From assembly GCF_006345805.1 (NCBI RefSeq), contig NW_021835031.1:1-43524 (forward strand): DNA of 43,524 bases, read 5' to 3'. This DNA is from Octopus sinensis (lineage: Eukaryota). The position numbers and the translations under genes were made by a program. The notes beneath the pieces were generated by a model. That model searched no databases and had not been told where the DNA came from. It was given only the letters and a program-made list of their open reading frames with translations. Shown here in pieces: positions 36,598 to 43,524 of the stretch (its first letter is position 1; each line of letters starts with the position of its first letter).

Positions 36598-36633
<36 letters not shown>

Positions 36634-36778
36634 CCCGTGTGTGTGCGTATGTGTGTATCTTTGTATAAGTTTTTATACGCACACACGTAAGCATAGGCAT
36701 GTATACATATATGTATATATATTTATATATATGAAGTTAAAATTACTTCATAGTTTTAACTCGCTAAGAAGGTTTAGA

Positions 36779-36830
36779 AACCACCTGAAGAATGTCTAAG
36801 ATGTGCTGACACGAAACGATCGTAGTGGTT
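36779..36830 (+). ncRNA. Minimal type I hammerhead ribozyme
   Basis: AACCAC | CUGAAGA | A-UGUC...GACA-C | GAAA | CGAUCG | UA | GUGGUU; 6-bp helix I, palindromic ACGAUCGU helix III, GUA site; A/C mismatch at the base of helix II. Confidence 0.78.
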
Positions 36831-37038
36831 ATTCATTTGTTAAATTTTAATTTATATAAATTATTTTATATTTTATGTTTTGGCTTAAGTCTTTCTTTGA
36901 TTGATTTGCATAATAGTGGTTTTGTCTCTAATTTATTATAATATAATATTTTATTATAAAATTGGATTCAATCTTAATCTGATTTTTCCTTGTAAATTTG
37001 GATTTATTCCCTAATATTTATCATTATATATTATATAT

Positions 37039-37070
<32 letters not shown>

Positions 37071-37131
37071 ATATATATATACATATATATGTATATACAG
37101 TCATGTGTGTGTGTGTGCCTGTGTAAATACA

Positions 37132-37172
<41 letters not shown>

Positions 37173-37184
37173 ATAACCTCTTAT

Positions 37185-37220
<36 letters not shown>

Positions 37221-37261
37221 ATACAAACATACATACGAATATATACAGAACGAGAAAGGTA

Positions 37262-37298
<37 letters not shown>

Positions 37299-37529
37299 GA
37301 GGAGGGAGAGCAAGTGAGAGAAGGTGAAATGGAGAGTGAAGCTGATAAAACACTTGGAAGGCAAGAGAACCATCAAAGAGCGAGCGAAGCATTTGACCTG
37401 TTTCCTGGGGCAAAGAAATAAATGAAGAAATCAATGGAAGAATTTAAGACAAGTTTATTGCAAAATCTCCAAGTGGTGTCTTGTCAATAGGGATAATTCA
37501 GGAACAGTGGCCCCGGAGGGATTCTTCAT

Positions 37530-37697
37530 TTTCCATCGTTGTCGTCGCCAGAATCTCCCTCGTCCTTGTCTTTATCAACGCCGTTATCGTTATCATCGTC
37601 GTCGTCGTCGTCGTTGTCCTATCATCAATATTCATCATCGTCATCATCATCATCATCATTATCATTGTCGTCATCGTCATTGACATCGTCGTCCCCG

Positions 37698-37733
<36 letters not shown>

Positions 37734-37905
37734 CCACCACCACCACCACCATCATCATCACCATCATCATAATCGTCATCCTCCTCCTCCCCATCATTAA
37801 CATCACCATCATCATCATCACCATCACCATCACCATCACCATCATCATCATCATCATCAACATCATCATCATCATCATCATCATCATCACCATCATCATC
37901 ATCAC

Positions 37906-37942
<37 letters not shown>

Positions 37943-37976
37943 GTCATCATCACAATCATTATCATCATCATCATCG

Positions 37977-38067
<91 letters not shown>

Positions 38068-38520
38068 TGGCTGCAGCAACGGTTGCAGCAGCAGCGTTAC
38101 CATCATCACCGTTATCGTCGTCCTCATCATCGTTGTCGTCATCATTATCAGCAACATCATCGTTATCGCCGTTGTTGACGTCATCTTAGTCGTTATCATC
38201 AGTATTGTCGTCGACATCGTCATCATCATCATCACCACCACTACCACCACCACCACCACCACCACCACCACCACCACCACCACCACCACCATCATCATCA
38301 TAATCATCATCATCATCGTCATCGCCGTCGTTGTCGCCGTTGTCATCTTCGTCACGGTCGTCGTTGTGCCTTCGTTATCAGCGTCATCAGAGTCAATATC
38401 CTTGGCATCAGTTTAATTATTATCCCCCCCCCTCCGACGACACCATCACCATCACCATCACCACCACCGCTCTTATCATCATCAGCATCGACGTTATCAT
38501 TATTACTATCATCGTATGTT
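37530..38520. repeat. (CAT)n-dominated trinucleotide field with CAG, CAC and CGT tracts
   Basis: Directly visible. Confidence 0.95.
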
Positions 38521-38594
38521 TGTTTTTTTCCTCATCCCCCAATATAATTGTAGTTTTCGATAAGATTATTTCTTCTTCCTACGCTCTCAGAATG

Positions 38595-39850
<1,256 letters not shown>

Positions 39851-39857
39851 TTTCAAC

Positions 39858-39993
39858 TTTTTGCCACAAGGAAAGCTTGCGGGGGGGGGGATTAAGTCGT
39901 TTACATCGACGCCAGTGCGAAACTGGTACTTATTCAACCGACCCCGAAAAGATGAAGGGCAAAGTCGACCTCGGCGGAATTTGAACTCAGAAC
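39858..39993 (-). mobile_element. SINE D partial copy
   Basis: AAAGTCGACCTCGGCGGAATTTGAACTCAGAACG. Confidence 0.8.
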
Positions 39994-40004
39994 GCAGTGA
40001 AACC

Positions 40005-40435
40005 AACAAATGGAAAGACCTGGAAGCATCGTGTAGGTGGCTCAACAAGGGTGACCTAGAAAAGAATACTAAAAGCCTAATCATCGCGGCCCAGGACCAG
40101 GCATTGAATACCAACTCAGTGAAAAAGAATATATACCACACAAGTGCATCGGACCTCTGCAGAATGCGTTTGAAGAGGGTCGAAAGTGCGACTCACATTG
40201 TTAGTGTTTGTGAAAGCCTTGCGCAAAAATAGTACAAGCGTAGACACAATAAAGCAACCCAAAACTCCACTGGCTACTATGCCGTAAGTATGGATATGAG
40301 CTTACGGGTGCTTGGTACTAATGTACACAGGAAAAGGTAATGGACGAAAAGGGGAAGGTAAAAATCCTCTGGGACTTTGATTTCCAGGCAGAGAAAGCGT
40401 TAGAGTACCGAAGGCCGGATATAGTATTCCGAACA
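40005..40435 (+). pseudogene. C-terminal remnant 1 of a restriction-like-endonuclease (R2-group, R4/Dong-like) non-LTR retrotransposon
   Basis: LIIAAQDQAL, broken CCHC knuckle (CRMR...ESATHIVSVC), YKRRHN, LHW, KILWDF, RRPDIV; stops at 40230 and about 40319, frameshift near 40262. Confidence 0.8.
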
Positions 40436-40439
40436 AATG

Positions 40440-40740
40440 AGATTGAAACTATAGACAACTTAATCTCAGGGTGTAGAGTCTTAGCACCTGCAGAATATAA
40501 AGCAAGACATGACAGAGTCGGCTATTTTTTACACTGGACAATACGTCGGCATTATAAAATCAAAACCGCTGACAAATGGTATAAACACCATCTTGAAGCT
40601 GTGACTGAGGGAGAAAATGTGTCGATTCTATGGGACTTTCCCGTACATACTGACAAAACTATAAAAGCTAATAAACCGGATATTATCATAAAAGATCAGA
40701 CAAAAAGGATGTGTTTATTAATTGACATTCCGAACAAATT
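40440..40740 (+). pseudogene. C-terminal remnant 2 of an RLE non-LTR retrotransposon (different subfamily)
   Basis: ETIDNLISGC...EYKARHDRV...LHW...KWY...ILWDFPVHTDKTIKANKPDIIIKD...CLLIDI. Confidence 0.82.
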
Positions 40741-41084
40741 CGGAAACTTGGTGAAGTAGAAAGCCTCAGCAACTCTCAGTATAATTACTAAAATGTTATT
40801 CCACTCCTAACCATTTTGAAGATAATGCTTCTTTAGCAGTCTTCGTCGAATTCCTGCTATGCTTTTTCCTCACTGTGTGTATCAACGCTGCACAACCTTT
40901 TTACTGCATTAGTCAGTATTTACTATACAGTCTGTACAGTTAAAAAATATATAGTAATATCAAATTAAATAATATCTTGCTACATATATCCTTCAGCAAA
41001 TCTTTTGCTGTTTTCAATATTATTAATTCTAGCAGTGTATATGTGTTTGTGTATTTCTGCGTTTGTTACGTCTATAGTTGTGCT

Positions 41085-41418
41085 GAGACCCTCTTCAGTC
41101 ATAAATGACCATGGGATTGCACCTAGAAGGTTACCCTCCCGGGCACAAATCCGGGTAAGGTTAATTATGGAAGACCAGCAGTCGCCCATGCATACCGGCC
41201 TCCCCTCTCCACGCCACCAATGTTATCCAAGGGAAAGGCAAAAGTCAATATAGTTTGGCACCAGTGATGTCGCAACTCATTCCTACAGCTGAGTGAACTG
41301 GAGCAACGTGAAATAAAGTGTCTTGCTCAAGAACACAACACGCAGCCCGGTCCGGGATTCGAGCTCACAACCCCACAATCTTAAGCTCGACGCTCTAACC
41401 ACTGAACCATGCACCTTC
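41085..41418 (-). mobile_element. CORE-type SINE (family B head) + tail type G
   Basis: Minus strand GAAGGTGCATGGTTCAGTGG head, TTCTTGAGCAAGACACTTTATTTCACGTTGCTCCAG core, CCCATGGTCATTTATGACTGAAGAGGGTCTC tail. Confidence 0.85.
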
Positions 41419-41454
41419 ACACGTCTACAGTAAACTATAATAAAGAACATTTTA

Positions 41455-41733
41455 TGCTGTTTTAGTGAGCCTACATCTAATGAAGTAGCCATCCTTATGG
41501 TTGATGATCCCCATGAAAATCCTGATATTCTCATTCGTGTTCGACATAACAACCTTAAACGTGTTTCACAGACTCATCCCTCTTATCATGCTCTCCAGTA
41601 TCCTCTTTTTCTGCGGAATGGACAAGATGGGTATCATCTCAATATTCCACGGATTGAACCTGTAACAAGAGAGCCAATTACAAACAAAAAGTGTTCTCAA
41701 ATGACTTCTAATCTTACCAACTGATGTTAAGAC
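41455..41733 (+). pseudogene. Helitron Rep/helicase protein fragment (Rep region)
   Basis: PTSNEVAILMV...DILI...LKRVSQTHPSYHALQYPLFLRNGQDGYHLNI...KK, then frameshifted DF*SYQLMLR; resembles the Helitron motifs PT-NEVA, R-SETH-SYDALQYPL and FYSYRLM-R. Confidence 0.8.
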
Positions 41734-41825
41734 TAGAACTATCAAATCAATTACGCATGTCAAATAAACTTTATTTTCATTTACATATTTTCTACATTAT
41801 CTCAACATATAATATATATACATGT

Positions 41826-42028
41826 ATATGTTTGTGTGTCTGTGTTTGTTCCACCAACATTGCTTGTGTGTTTATGTCCCCGTAACTTAGCGGTTCGGCA
41901 AGCAGAGACGGATAGAATAAGTAATAGGCTTACAAGGAATAAGTCCCGGGGTCAATTTGCTCGACTAAAGGCGGTGCTCCAGCATGGCCGTAGTCAAATG
42001 ACTGAAACAAGTAAAAGAGTAAAAGAGA
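41826..42028 (+). mobile_element. SINE family C, 3' half
   Basis: GTAACTTAGCGGTTCGGC...AAACAAGTAAAAGAGTAAAAGAG. Confidence 0.88.
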
Positions 42029-42263
42029 TACAGTCCTCCCAATACGGGAAAAATCTCCAACTAGGGCCAATCAAGGAACTCTCCCAGATCGAGGATTGCC
42101 CTGACCACCAACGGTACATGTCCGCTCTCCTCCCCTCCAGTCTATAGGTGCATTCTTAGATAGAGTAGAGCCATTCACTCTAATGATTTTTGCTTCAGGT
42201 ACACATCTTTTCACAAATTCACAGCGAGGTATCACTTCCTTTTCCACCCTCACTTTCCTTTCC

Positions 42264-42341
<78 letters not shown>

Positions 42342-42387
42342 TATATAATAATATAATAATAACGAGGATAATAATAATAATAACTAC

Positions 42388-42427
<40 letters not shown>

Positions 42428-42608
42428 CATAATATTAATAATGTTAGCCATTTGTAATTGTCTGGCAAAATCAGCTAATTTACACCAAAACACAGTCTGT
42501 TATCGTTCATTTAAATCGGACATCTTGTTAATAATAATAACAATATGATGATGATAATGATGATGATGATGACGACGACGATGGTGATGATGACGATGGT
42601 GATGACCA

Positions 42609-42649
<41 letters not shown>

Positions 42650-42740
42650 ACTACTACTACTACTACTAGGAACAACATCAACAACAAAAATATAATAAGA
42701 ATAATAGTAATAATAATAATGATGATGATGATAATATTCC
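42264..42740. repeat. (TAA)n, (GAT)n and (CTA)n arrays
   Basis: Directly visible. Confidence 0.9.
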
Positions 42741-42789
42741 TCGCCAACAGATTATTCCATAGCAACGGGGTCTCTTGATGTTGAACTCT

Positions 42790-43500
42790 CTAGGGAAAGA
42801 GAGAAAGGAAAGATGGGAGAGATACCGAAACAGTGGAAGTAAGAAAAGTGTGGGCGTAAGAGAAGGTTAGAAAGAGTAGAAGAGAGAGTAAAAGGAAGAG
42901 AGGGAGTAGGTAGGAGAGAAAGAGTAAGAGGTGGAGTGGGAGAGTAAGCGGAAGGGAGAGTGAAAGTAGGAGTTGAAGAGGAGGAGTAAGAGGTGGAGAC
43001 GGGGAGTAATGAGAAGAGGGGAGTAAGAGGAAGAGGAAAGTAGGAGGGAGTGTATGAGTGCAAGAGAATGACAGTAAGAGCAAGAGGGAGAGAAGGAGAG
43101 AAAGTAGGAGAGAAGTAGATTAAGAAGGGAGAGAAAGAGGGAGGGAGGTTAAGAGGAAGGGAGAGTAAGAGGGAAAGGGAATAAGAGAAAGGGAGAATAA
43201 GAGGAAGAGAGAGTAAGAAGAAAAGAGAATAAGAGAAAGGGAGAATAAGAGGAAGAAAAGGTGAATGAAAAGAAAGACACATCAGAAAGGGAGAGGGGAG
43301 AAGGGAAGGAATTCAAAGAAAAAGATAGAGTAAGAGCTAGAGAGAGAAAGAGAAAGAGAGAGAGAGAGAGAGCGTATGTGTGTATAAGAGGAAGAGAAGA
43401 TAAAAGATAAGGAAGAACTGAGAGGGAGCTGGAGGTTAAGATGAAGAGAAGTAGTAATAGGAGTAAAGGAGTCGTGGAAGTGACCAAAAGCAAGCAAAAA
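42790..43500. repeat. About 700-bp polypurine (GA-rich) low-complexity tract
   Basis: Directly visible. Confidence 0.9.
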
Positions 43501-43524
43501 AAAATAAAAGTTAATATAAATATA

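Overview
Repeat-saturated, AT-rich eukaryotic non-coding DNA. It is most likely coleoid cephalopod (octopus-like); this is inferred from the mix of tRNA-headed SINEs and microsatellites, not from a database match. No host protein-coding gene is recognisable, and nearly all ORFs in the supplied track are microsatellite translation artefacts. The window contains about 35 copies or fragments of several tRNA-derived SINE families (some with a CORE-like domain), mariner/piggyBac/Helitron/HINE-type DNA elements, decayed mariner, RLE-retrotransposon and Helitron Rep coding remnants, and very large simple-repeat fields. The most interesting signal is hidden RNA structure. At least five sequence-unrelated minimal type I hammerhead-ribozyme folds are present (13072+, 13391-, 28127+, 36394-, 36779+), plus decayed or partial ones. 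Most sit in short elements embedded in (TA)n tracts. One shows a reciprocal G3/C8 core swap, and two near-perfect fold-back palindromes (22140-22412, 36362-36501) turn around within or beside hammerhead sequence. Also notable are an 88-bp higher-order repeat built from a 16-bp GATA-palindrome monomer, internally tandemised SINEs, and SINE head/core/tail shuffling. Ribozyme calls come from manual folding and none has been tested. SINE family letters A-E are my own labels.
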